NCBI GenBank assembly: GCA_009837185.1 | Contig: VXUA01000083.1 | Span: 56,371-120,370 of the forward strand | Origin: Gammaproteobacteria bacterium | GTDB lineage: Bacteria > Pseudomonadota > Gammaproteobacteria > Pseudomonadales > Azotimanducaceae | Direction: 5' to 3' | DNA length: 64,000 bases | Shown: positions 55,828 to 64,000 of the stretch, in pieces | Position numbering within the stretch: position 1 is the first letter of the stretch | Layout: every line of letters starts with the position of its first letter | Notes under the pieces: generated by a model | Database searches by the model: none | Told to the model about the DNA's origin: nothing | Seen by the model: the letters and a program-made list of their open reading frames with translations, nothing else | Translations under genes and position numbers: made by a program

Positions 55828-56042
55828 AATAATTTGAAGAATTTCTAATTTTCGGTGCATTTTCACGCATAAAGTCGGAAAATATTTGTAAGATTATGAC
55901 TTGTTAGAGAGCGCGCTACTGCTTGTACCAAATTTGTGAGAACCAGGTTGGGTAGCGACGGGAATCGCCCAGAAGCGGACTGACTAGAATCGCCAGGGAT
56001 TGGCTAAACCCAAAGGATTATCAAGGAAGATATTGAAGGAGA

Positions 56043-58934
56043 GTGGGAGAATTGAACGAAGCAGGAACTAATCGAGTCATCAAACGCGACGGTAGTGTCG
56101 TAGCATTTGACGAAGCAAAAATTCACAATGCTATTTCAAAGGCTTTTGTCGAAGTCGAAGGACCGGCTTCGTCAAGTTCACAAAAAATACGAGACCAAAT
56201 ACACGAACTTGCCGAAAGTGTAACTTCTCGGATTCATCGAGGTAATCCCGAAAGGGCTGCCGTCGATATAGAAGATATTCAAGATCAGGTTGAACTGGCC
56301 CTCATGAGGGCTGGTCTCCAACGGATAGCGCGCGCGTACGTAATTTATCGAGAGGAACGAGCCCAGGCACGGAAGCAAGAGCAGGTAGACTCTTTTGAGC
56401 TCACCGATACGACTATCAATTACCTCCGTTCTGACGGTGTTGAAGTGCCTTTGGAACAAAAGTCTTGGTCTATCGTACTGGACCAAGTTTGTAGTGATTT
56501 GGAAGACGTAGACTCCGAACGACTGTTCTCGCAAACTCTGAGTGACGCTTTCAACGGGATCACTGAAGAGGAAGTGCTGCAATCGTTGACTCTGGCAGCG
56601 AAAACACTTATCGAAAACGAACCTAACTATGGATACGTGGCGGCGCGACTGCTCATGCTACGTCTCCGCAGAGAGGCTACTGCCTTCTTATTCCCAGAGC
56701 TCGGTGAACAATCGATTATGTCTCTACCGGCAGACATGTCGAAACTCTATAAAGAAACATTTTCGGTCTATATTGACAAAGCCGTAGAGCTTGGTTTCTT
56801 ATCCCCAGAACTCGCACAATTCGACCTCGTGAAGCTGGGCGACCATCTGGTTGCTGAACGCGACAAGCAATTTTCCTATTTAGGCATTCAAAATCTGTAC
56901 GACCGCTACTTCCTTCACTCCGATGGTGTCCGATTTGAATTACCGCAGATCTTCTTCATGCGGATTGCTATGGGATTAACAATCAATGAAACCAATCGAG
57001 AAACGAGGGCGATTGAGTTTTACAACCAATTGTCGTCGTTCGACTTTATGAGTTCGACACCTACCCTGTTTAACTCTGGTACAGTGCGTCCTCAATTGTC
57101 GTCGTGCTACATATCCACAGTACCCGATGATCTACACGGTATCTTTTCTTCGATGCGCGATAACGCGTTGCTCAGCAAGTGGGCCGGTGGTCTGGGGAAC
57201 GATTGGACCCGAGTACGGGCAATGGGATCTTACATTCAAGGTACTAATGGTAAATCGCAAGGAGTCGTACCGTTTCTCAAGATCGTTAACGACACTGCTG
57301 TTGCGGTCAATCAAGGTGGCAAGAGAAAAGGAGCAGTGTGTTCTTATTTAGAAACGTGGCACATGGATATTGAGGAATTCCTCGATCTGAGAAAAAACAC
57401 TGGTGACGATCGACGCCGAACGCATGACATGAACACCGCAAATTGGATTCCTGACCTCTTTATGGAACGCGTCATGCAAAAGGATCAATGGACACTCTTT
57501 TCACCTTCGGACGTTCCTGAATTACACGATCTTTGCGGGAATGATTTCCGTAGTGCATACGAAGCGGCGGAGGCAAAAACACGTAGTGGTGAAATTACCA
57601 ATTTCCGCGTCGTGAATGCGGAAACGCTTTGGCGCAAGATGCTGGAATCGCTGTACGAAACAGGTCATCCATGGATGACTTTCAAAGACCCGTGTAATGT
57701 ACGATCACCACAACAACATGTTGGCGTCGTGCACTCTTCCAATTTGTGCACCGAAATTACTCTAAACACATCCGACAACGAAATTGCCGTCTGTAATCTG
57801 GGTTCGATAAACCTATCAAACCACGTCACAGAGAACGGAGAAATTGATCACGATAAATTAAGATCAACCGTACGTACCGCTATTCGCATGTTGGACAACG
57901 TAATTGACATTAATTACTATGCGGTTAGAGCGGCGCGAGACTCAAACATAAGACATCGACCAATTGGGCTAGGACTCATGGGCTTTCAGGATGCGTTGTA
58001 TAAGAAACGCGTTCCTTATGGTAGTCTCTCTGCGATACAGTTTGCTGACGAAAGTATGGAAGCAGTCTCTTACTACGCGATAGAAGCATCATCCGATCTT
58101 GTCGTTGAGCGGGGTGTATATTCGACGTATCAAGGTTCGCTGTGGAGTCGAGGAATCCTACCGATCGATTCACTCAAGGTGCTAGCGGAACAAAGGAGTT
58201 CGGAAGAGTTCGCGACCTTTGACTTTAATACAACCTTGGACTGGGATGAATTACGCGAGAAAGTGAAACAACAGGGCATGCGCAATTCCAATGTCATGGC
58301 AATCGCTCCTACAGCAACGATCGCAAATATCGTTGGCATCACCCAGTCTATTGAACCAGCGTATCAAAATCTCTACTCAAAACAGAACATCTCCGGAGAT
58401 TTTGTCGTGTTGAACCCCTATCTGATCGAAGACTTGAAGAAACTAGGGGTATGGGATCAGTGGATGGCTGTCGACTTGAAAGCGAAAAACGGTAGTGTTC
58501 AAGAAATGGAGCGAGTACCCGCAAACTTACAGGAGCTTTATAAGACAGCATTTGAAATTGAACCCCATTGGATCATTGCCGCAGCAGCGCGCCGACAAAA
58601 ATGGATCGACCAATCACAATCTCTCAACCTTTACATGGCCGAAGCCAGCGGTCGCGTACTAGACCAAATGTATCGTGAAGCATGGAAGAGCGGTCTAAAG
58701 ACGACCTACTATCTCAGGTCACTTGGAGCAACGGATTCTGAGAAATCCACAATTGAAGAAGATCACGCGCTAGCGGCAGTACCACGGCATCAATTACAAG
58801 CCGAGAGTACTCCGACGCCAACGGAAGCACCAACAAGTAAAGCACATGCGCCAGAAGAGTTTGCTTTAGGGACGGCTGCTCCCGTTCCGGATGCGTGCGA
58901 CATCGATGATCCGGATTGCGAGGCATGCCAGTAA
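56043..58934 (+). CDS. nrdA: Class Ia ribonucleotide reductase alpha subunit NrdA (Pseudomonas-like long form)
   Basis: ATP-cone VIKRDGSVVAFDEAKI, catalytic NLCTEI and the C-terminal redox pair CEAC. GTG start after an AAGGAG Shine-Dalgarno sequence. Confidence 0.9.
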   Translation: MGELNEAGTNRVIKRDGSVVAFDEAKIHNAISKAFVEVEGPASSSSQKIRDQIHELAESVTSRIHRGNPERAAVDIEDIQDQVELALMRAGLQRIARAYVIYREERAQARKQEQVDSFELTDTTINYLRSDGVEVPLEQKSWSIVLDQVCSDLEDVDSERLFSQTLSDAFNGITEEEVLQSLTLAAKTLIENEPNYGYVAARLLMLRLRREATAFLFPELGEQSIMSLPADMSKLYKETFSVYIDKAVELGFLSPELAQFDLVKLGDHLVAERDKQFSYLGIQNLYDRYFLHSDGVRFELPQIFFMRIAMGLTINETNRETRAIEFYNQLSSFDFMSSTPTLFNSGTVRPQLSSCYISTVPDDLHGIFSSMRDNALLSKWAGGLGNDWTRVRAMGSYIQGTNGKSQGVVPFLKIVNDTAVAVNQGGKRKGAVCSYLETWHMDIEEFLDLRKNTGDDRRRTHDMNTANWIPDLFMERVMQKDQWTLFSPSDVPELHDLCGNDFRSAYEAAEAKTRSGEITNFRVVNAETLWRKMLESLYETGHPWMTFKDPCNVRSPQQHVGVVHSSNLCTEITLNTSDNEIAVCNLGSINLSNHVTENGEIDHDKLRSTVRTAIRMLDNVIDINYYAVRAARDSNIRHRPIGLGLMGFQDALYKKRVPYGSLSAIQFADESMEAVSYYAIEASSDLVVERGVYSTYQGSLWSRGILPIDSLKVLAEQRSSEEFATFDFNTTLDWDELREKVKQQGMRNSNVMAIAPTATIANIVGITQSIEPAYQNLYSKQNISGDFVVLNPYLIEDLKKLGVWDQWMAVDLKAKNGSVQEMERVPANLQELYKTAFEIEPHWIIAAAARRQKWIDQSQSLNLYMAEASGRVLDQMYREAWKSGLKTTYYLRSLGATDSEKSTIEEDHALAAVPRHQLQAESTPTPTEAPTSKAHAPEEFALGTAAPVPDACDIDDPDCEACQ

Positions 58935-59035
58935 AGATTCGATTTTTCGCAAAATTTTTGACGATATGTTAGAAATTGTTGATAATAAGTTCCTTGAAAG
59001 GAACTCAACTTAACATACCTAGGGAGAGGTAAATT

Positions 59036-60292
59036 ATGGGACTGCTTTGGGACGAAGACAAGGATGTGACGACCAAACCAACAGAGTCTGACTCAACCAG
59101 CGCGACCGCGCAACCAACAAACACAACTACACAACAAACACCACCGGGTTCAGATACCACCACGAAGTCGTGGGTAACCGAACTCAAACCTTACGACGAA
59201 GGATTACGTCTAAACAAGCAAGCTGAACAACATCGAAACGTAACAGGAATCGCTCCTCCGCAAGGAGAAAGTTACGATCGTGTAACGGTTGATCAGAAGA
59301 AGATCATTAATTGTCGTGCTGACTTAAATCAGTTAGTACCGTTTAAATATATGTGGGCATGGCAAAAGTATCTCAATGGGTGCGCGAACCACTGGATGCC
59401 TCAAGAAGTAAGCATGAACGATGATGTGGAACTATGGAAGAGTCCAAACGGCCTGACGGAAGACGAGCGACGCGTAGTGAAACGTAGTCTCGGGTTTTTC
59501 TCAACCGCGGATTCTCTAGTCGCGAACAATCTGGTGCTAGCGATTTATCGTTTGATCACGAATCCGGAATGCCGGCAATACCTTTTGCGACAAGCGTTTG
59601 AAGAAGCCATTCACACGCACGCCTATCAGTACTGCATTGAATCTCTCGGCATGGACGAAGGTGAGATCTTCAACATGTACCATGAGATACCATCAGTAGA
59701 AGCCAAAGCTACGTGGGCGTTGAATTACACTAAAGAATTATGCGATCCGAATTTCACAACAGGAACTGTGGAAACAGACAAAATATTGTTAAAGAATTTG
59801 ATCGCCTTCTACTGCGTGTTGGAGGGAATTTTCTTCTACTGCGGCTTTTCGCAGATCCTATCCATGGGCCGACGTAACAAGATGACCGGGACTACGAAGC
59901 AGTTTCAGTTCATCTTACGCGATGAATCCATGCATCTCAACTTCGGTATCGACGTGATTAATACGATTGTCGCTGAGAATCCGCATGTTTGGGACGATGA
60001 AATGCAGCAATTGGCGACTGATATGATTATCGAAGGAACGGAGTTAGAAATCGCGTACGCCGAAGACACGATGCCTCGAGGCATTCTTGGGATGAATGCA
60101 CGCGAAATGACTAAATTCCTTAAATATATTGCCAACCGACGACTCAACAGTATTGGGTTGCCGAAGCACTACAGTGACGCTTCCAACCCATTCCCGTGGA
60201 TGGCTGAAATGATGGATTTGAAGAAAGAAGAAAATTTCTTCGAAACTAGTGTCACACAGTATCAAGATCGAAGTATGCTGAACTGGGACTAA
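59036..60292 (+). CDS. nrdB: Class Ia ribonucleotide reductase beta subunit NrdB (with a Thr/Gln-rich N-terminal extension)
   Basis: [22 protein letters not shown] matches the Pseudomonas-type NrdB N-terminal region. Diiron motifs EEAIHTHAY and RDESMH are present. Confidence 0.9.
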   Translation: MGLLWDEDKDVTTKPTESDSTSATAQPTNTTTQQTPPGSDTTTKSWVTELKPYDEGLRLNKQAEQHRNVTGIAPPQGESYDRVTVDQKKIINCRADLNQLVPFKYMWAWQKYLNGCANHWMPQEVSMNDDVELWKSPNGLTEDERRVVKRSLGFFSTADSLVANNLVLAIYRLITNPECRQYLLRQAFEEAIHTHAYQYCIESLGMDEGEIFNMYHEIPSVEAKATWALNYTKELCDPNFTTGTVETDKILLKNLIAFYCVLEGIFFYCGFSQILSMGRRNKMTGTTKQFQFILRDESMHLNFGIDVINTIVAENPHVWDDEMQQLATDMIIEGTELEIAYAEDTMPRGILGMNAREMTKFLKYIANRRLNSIGLPKHYSDASNPFPWMAEMMDLKKEENFFETSVTQYQDRSMLNWD

Positions 60293-60302
60293 ACTCTGTC
60301 CC

Positions 60303-60321
60303 TAGTCGTCTGCAACGACTA
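60303..60321 (+). terminator. Hairpin 10 nt after the nrdB stop
   Basis: 7-bp stem, tagtcgt pairing with acgacta, and a 5-nt loop. No U-run follows, so this is not a canonical intrinsic terminator. Confidence 0.25.
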
Positions 60322-60549
60322 CTAAACTAGACACTGACGCTTTATTGGTGCGCCTTGACGCGCCGAGTTCGAATACTTCCGACTCTTGCGCTCGCCGTCG
60401 CTATCGAACCTGGCGGTTGGAGGTATATCGAAAGTATCACCGTTGATTCGTCATCTTACGATATCGTTCTTTTCAAAGATTTACGAAATTTACAACACAA
60501 TGCGAAATCTCGCTTCATTTCCCATATTTAATTTACAGAGGAATTAACA

Positions 60550-60774
60550 ATGGGTACCGATTGGGAGTCTTGTCCCGCGGTGGAACGAAAACCAGAAAGA
60601 GTCAGTGGTGCGTGGGTGTTTACTGGGACACGCATTCCTCTGGTAGCGTTATACGAAAATCTTGCCGATGGTGCTACTATTGACGACTTCGTTGAGTGGT
60701 TTCCTGGGGTTAATAGAGAACAAGTTCGCGTGGTACTCGAATTTGAAACACAAGCATGCCGCTCAATAGTGTAG
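60550..60774 (+). CDS. DUF433-domain protein (antitoxin-like small DNA-binding protein)
   Basis: 74 aa. RVSGAWVFTGTRIPLVALYENLADGATIDDFVEWFPGVNREQV fits the DUF433 pattern as I remember it (G-x-P-x-x-x-GTRIPV...G-x-S-x-E-E-I-x-x-x-YP). Confidence 0.65.
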   Translation: MGTDWESCPAVERKPERVSGAWVFTGTRIPLVALYENLADGATIDDFVEWFPGVNREQVRVVLEFETQACRSIV

Positions 60775-61061
60775 CATTAGCGGCACTACTTGATCGAGGC
60801 ATCTCTGCTTCTTCGATTACATTACATACTCCAAGGACTCACACAGACGGTTTGACGGACGCATCTCGTTGTTCGACTATCTACCGCTCAGCTGCACAGA
60901 AGATCCGCGAGAATTATGCGAAACATTTTGTAATAAATTGACATAAAACTCGAAATTTTGAGCGCGATTGCTTCCAAAAATTCTTCTGTCGTAGTGTAGA
61001 AAGATTAGAATTCATTCTCCCATAAATAGCTTCCAGAAATAGATAGGGGCGAAGCCCCAAT

Positions 61062-63806
61062 ATGCTCAAAAATCTGTTCAAACGCAAACCAAGCGTTGAC
61101 GATCCAAATCCTGCCGTTCGTAAAGAGGTAGTCGAACGGTCGAAAGATCTCTCACGCGACAAATTCGCAGAAATCGCGCGTACTGACGCCGATGTCGAAA
61201 CGCGAAAGTCGGCGCTTGCTCGCGTAAATTCCGTCGATCTGTACGCTGAATTCTTGGATCATGATCAACTAGGTACGTTCTGTCGTACAAAAATCGCAGA
61301 AAAAATTGATGAACAGCACCATCTAGCACGCGATTTAAGAATCCTTCCTCTTCGGCTATCCACGCGTGCCGACCCTCAACAGGTGCTTGCAGATTTGAAC
61401 AAAATCGAATCTTCGGTCGATCAAGCTAGAGTTCTCGTAGGTATGCCACTTCGAGCGTTGCGCTTGGACGTGACCAATTTAATTCATAGTGAGCGCACCC
61501 TTGTCGAAATTGAAAAGTCTAGCCGTGCTAAAGACAAAAACTTAAACCGACTCGTTCGAGATAAATTACAAGATCTGAAGACTCTCGAAGGATCACGGAA
61601 TGATTTATTGGAACGAGCGGAACGAGCGATTAACACGGCACAGAGCATCAACGCGGCAGATGCCCATTACGACGCGCAACGGACCGCTATTGAACAAGAA
61701 TGGGAAAGCTGTCTCCAACAAGTTCGTTCCCTCAATCAGCAGTTAACTACATTCCAGCGTGAATTGATTGCCATTGAACCGCTGGAACAACGTTTCCCAG
61801 CGCGACTTACCGCTGAACAAGCAGATTCCACACAGCGACCACAATTTGACTTTATTCTTAAACATTTGAAAGAGAGTCCTGTGAGCGAGAGTTCGATCGA
61901 AGAATGTGAGAAAGCGTGGTTAAATGCTCTAAAGATTGAACCCGCACCAAAAGCTATCGCAGACCAGTTTTATCAGTTAGCGAACGCGAAACGGCGTGAA
62001 CTGAAAAAGATAAAAGATCAAGACAGCGAACGCACCGAAATTGAGAAATTGGTCTCTCCAATGAAATTTCAAGAGCCCGATGCTCGAACTCGAAGTTGGC
62101 GCTATGTCTGGAGACTTCAATCAGATGCTAAATCACGATTGCGTGACGTTCAGCAATGCCAGAAGAAGCTACGAGCTCGACCAACCAACGACGAAACAGA
62201 GGAGTTCTTGAAACGACTGGACGAGGCAGAGAACCATTTGACGAACAACGTCCTCGATCGAATCAGTCAGCTTCGTCAAGATATTGTGGTGCAAATCGAG
62301 AGTAATTTCGCTTCTTTAAGCAAATTTTTGGAAGGCGGCGAACTCCAGCGCGCGCAGTCAGCCGAACGCAACATCGCGGCCATGATTCAACGATTGCCTC
62401 GTCCGGCACAAGGAAAATACAAGACTCAACTCGCACCTATCTCCGCTGAGATTAAGCAACTTCTTGGTTGGCAACAATTCGCCGAATCACCAAAGCGACA
62501 GGTGCTCTGTGAAGAGGTCGAAGAACTAGTAGAAAACCCACTCGCTCCGCAAGAGCAATTTAACCGAATTCGTGATCTACGAGAGGCTTGGAACCAGTTG
62601 GGACCACCGAGATCCAGGGAAGACCGAGATTTTCAAACCCGCTACGAAGAGGCGGCTGCTGCTGCTTTTAAAGTTTGTGAGGCTTGGTTTCAAAAACTTG
62701 CCGAGGTACGAGCTAAAAATCTTGTGGAACGTACATCAATTTGCGAATCTCTGGAATCCTTTTTAGAAGAATACGATTGGGACCAAGCAGACTGGAAAGC
62801 CGTTAATAAGACCCTTCGTACCGCGCAAAGCGAATGGCGAAAACTGATCCCGATCGACAAAAGATACGCTAAAAAAATCAACACTCGCTTCCGACAAATT
62901 ACTGGAGAACTTGAGTCGCGCTTAGAAGCAAATTGGACTGCGCGCGCAGAAGAGAAACAAGCACTCATCGATGAAGTAAAAGAGGCTCTAGCCGACGAGA
63001 ATTCCTCGGTTGGGGAACTCATTGATTTTGTAAAGGCGGCACAGGAACGCTGGCGCAATATAGGATCTGCCGGAAACCAAAGAGAACAACCGCTGTGGGA
63101 AGATTTTCGAAATTGTTGCAATGAAGCTTTCGATCTACGTACGACCCAACGCGAACAACGTCGATCGGAGATCAACGAAAACATTGAGCAAGGTGAAAAA
63201 ATCGTTGGCGACCTTGAATCAAAAGTGTTTACCGACGATGCGACGTTAAACGATCTCGACATGTCACACGTCAATCAGATTCGAAACCAGCTCACTCAGT
63301 TAGATTTGTCCCAACGGGTGCAAGGGCGTCTGAATGAGAAGCTCAAAGATATCGCCGGCGAGTTAAAGCGTAAAGTAGCCTTGTTGGAAACACAACAAAC
63401 AACGACTACTCTGCGAGATCTCCTTGACCTCGACGATCAAATAGCTCGTTTAGAACAAGAAGGCAAGCAAGTAAGTGAAGAGTTAATTGATTCAATACCT
63501 GGTGCATCAAATTTGTTTCGGATTCGCAGTGCGGACGTTGCCAATAAGAGTGCTATCACGATACACGAACTCGTTCTTCGCGCGGAAGTGCTAGCCGATA
63601 TCCCGTCGCCCACTGAGGATAGCGGCAAGCGCATGCAAGTCCAAGTAGCTCGACTTCAACACGGTCTAACACGTGGTGGAGAGTCCGATGAACAGCGTGT
63701 AGAACATTTAATTCAAGAGTGGTGCAAACTCGCCCATGGTGAGCATCCACTGCGCGAACGTTTTCAAACGGCGATCCGCAAACATCTAGACTCTTTGGTT
63801 TCTTGA
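61062..63806 (+). CDS. DUF349-repeat protein (large all-helical, Glu/Arg/Gln-rich)
   Basis: 914 aa with repeated modules of the form L...AW..LG/IG...R...LW..F. Examples are IRDLREAWNQLGPP, LRTAQSEWRKLIPI and VKAAQERWRNIGSAGNQREQPLWEDF, which are characteristic of DUF349. Confidence 0.6.
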   Translation: MLKNLFKRKPSVDDPNPAVRKEVVERSKDLSRDKFAEIARTDADVETRKSALARVNSVDLYAEFLDHDQLGTFCRTKIAEKIDEQHHLARDLRILPLRLSTRADPQQVLADLNKIESSVDQARVLVGMPLRALRLDVTNLIHSERTLVEIEKSSRAKDKNLNRLVRDKLQDLKTLEGSRNDLLERAERAINTAQSINAADAHYDAQRTAIEQEWESCLQQVRSLNQQLTTFQRELIAIEPLEQRFPARLTAEQADSTQRPQFDFILKHLKESPVSESSIEECEKAWLNALKIEPAPKAIADQFYQLANAKRRELKKIKDQDSERTEIEKLVSPMKFQEPDARTRSWRYVWRLQSDAKSRLRDVQQCQKKLRARPTNDETEEFLKRLDEAENHLTNNVLDRISQLRQDIVVQIESNFASLSKFLEGGELQRAQSAERNIAAMIQRLPRPAQGKYKTQLAPISAEIKQLLGWQQFAESPKRQVLCEEVEELVENPLAPQEQFNRIRDLREAWNQLGPPRSREDRDFQTRYEEAAAAAFKVCEAWFQKLAEVRAKNLVERTSICESLESFLEEYDWDQADWKAVNKTLRTAQSEWRKLIPIDKRYAKKINTRFRQITGELESRLEANWTARAEEKQALIDEVKEALADENSSVGELIDFVKAAQERWRNIGSAGNQREQPLWEDFRNCCNEAFDLRTTQREQRRSEINENIEQGEKIVGDLESKVFTDDATLNDLDMSHVNQIRNQLTQLDLSQRVQGRLNEKLKDIAGELKRKVALLETQQTTTTLRDLLDLDDQIARLEQEGKQVSEELIDSIPGASNLFRIRSADVANKSAITIHELVLRAEVLADIPSPTEDSGKRMQVQVARLQHGLTRGGESDEQRVEHLIQEWCKLAHGEHPLRERFQTAIRKHLDSLVS

Positions 63807-63813
63807 TTCTCTT

Positions 63814-63829
63814 GACCGGGTTGCCGGTC
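63814..63829. terminator. Hairpin between two convergent genes
   Basis: GACCGG-GTTG-CCGGTC, a perfect 6-bp stem with a 4-nt loop, 8 nt after the DUF349 gene stop. No U-run. Confidence 0.2.
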
Positions 63830-63880
63830 GGAGGATCTATCGAATTGCCCGATGACCGGCTATACTGGTTAAGATCTTTT

Positions 63881-64000
63881 TTAGTCTCGTTTCGATAGTG
63901 GGTACTGTGTGACGATCCCATAGTCCGGCAAGGAATCGAAAATGCGTTTACCGTAGTTTCTCTTCACTACCCGAATGTCCAAAATCGTAATTTGACCAAA
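63881..64000 (-). CDS. 3' end of an unidentified CDS that enters from the right window edge
   Basis: The minus-strand frame is open from nt 64000 to a TAA (63883-63881). It translates as FGQITILDIRVVKRNYGKRIFDSLPDYGIVTQYPLSKRD. Too short to identify. Confidence 0.35.
   Translation of the reverse strand, partial: FGQITILDIRVVKRNYGKRIFDSLPDYGIVTQYPLSKRD

Noticed and set aside
60355-60420. tRNA-like T-loop string GAGTTCGAATA in the nrdB-DUF433 spacer
   Set aside because: I could not fold the surrounding sequence into a cloverleaf. There is no acceptor stem complementarity and no D-loop consensus. I found no convincing tRNA, rRNA or CRISPR array anywhere in the window.
63556-63921. 121-aa minus-strand ORF overlapping the 3' end of the DUF349 gene
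   Set aside because: It mostly overlaps a supported gene on the opposite strand. The real minus-strand coding signal at the right edge is in a different frame and ends at 63881.

Overview
This 64-kb window looks like a gammaproteobacterial chromosome segment, about 45% GC and densely coding. Most of it is housekeeping genes in a Pseudomonas-like order. Envelope genes come first: murB-kdsB-lpxK-msbA-exbDB, galU, lolCDE, apbE. These are followed by argS, a desaturase, mnmC, an incomplete peptide ABC importer, and miaB, serA, hda, purM, dcd, apbC and metG. The window ends with a compact rnfABCDGE-nth cluster, rnt, grxD, nrdAB and a DUF349 protein. I saw no rRNA, tRNA, CRISPR array, transposase or integrase. 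The main accessory region is a roughly 7-kb minus-strand island at about 20.6-27.5 kb. It holds an MmeI-like fused nuclease/N6-adenine methyltransferase, followed by a tightly coupled three-gene operon. Gene 1 is an ImmA/IrrE metalloprotease fused to a TARG1/DarG-like macrodomain. Gene 2 is a P-loop kinase fused to a short adenylosuccinate-synthetase-like enzyme with an Asp-to-Ser change in the GDEGKG loop. Gene 3 is a 224-aa protein with DarT-like ADP-ribosyltransferase motifs. I consider this operon the best candidate for an undescribed DarTG-related toxin/defence system. An exact 11-bp direct repeat sits at both edges of the island. Secondary observations: murB and argS lack a canonical start codon upstream of conserved N-terminal sequence. 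There is a membrane-anchored cold-shock-domain protein and a 1169-aa polytopic protein upstream of exbBD. RnfC, RnfD and RnfG are shortened. The peptide ABC operon has no ATPase genes. A 762-bp AT-rich non-coding leader precedes nrdA. All functional calls come from reading the translated ORFs and remembered family motifs; no database search was run.
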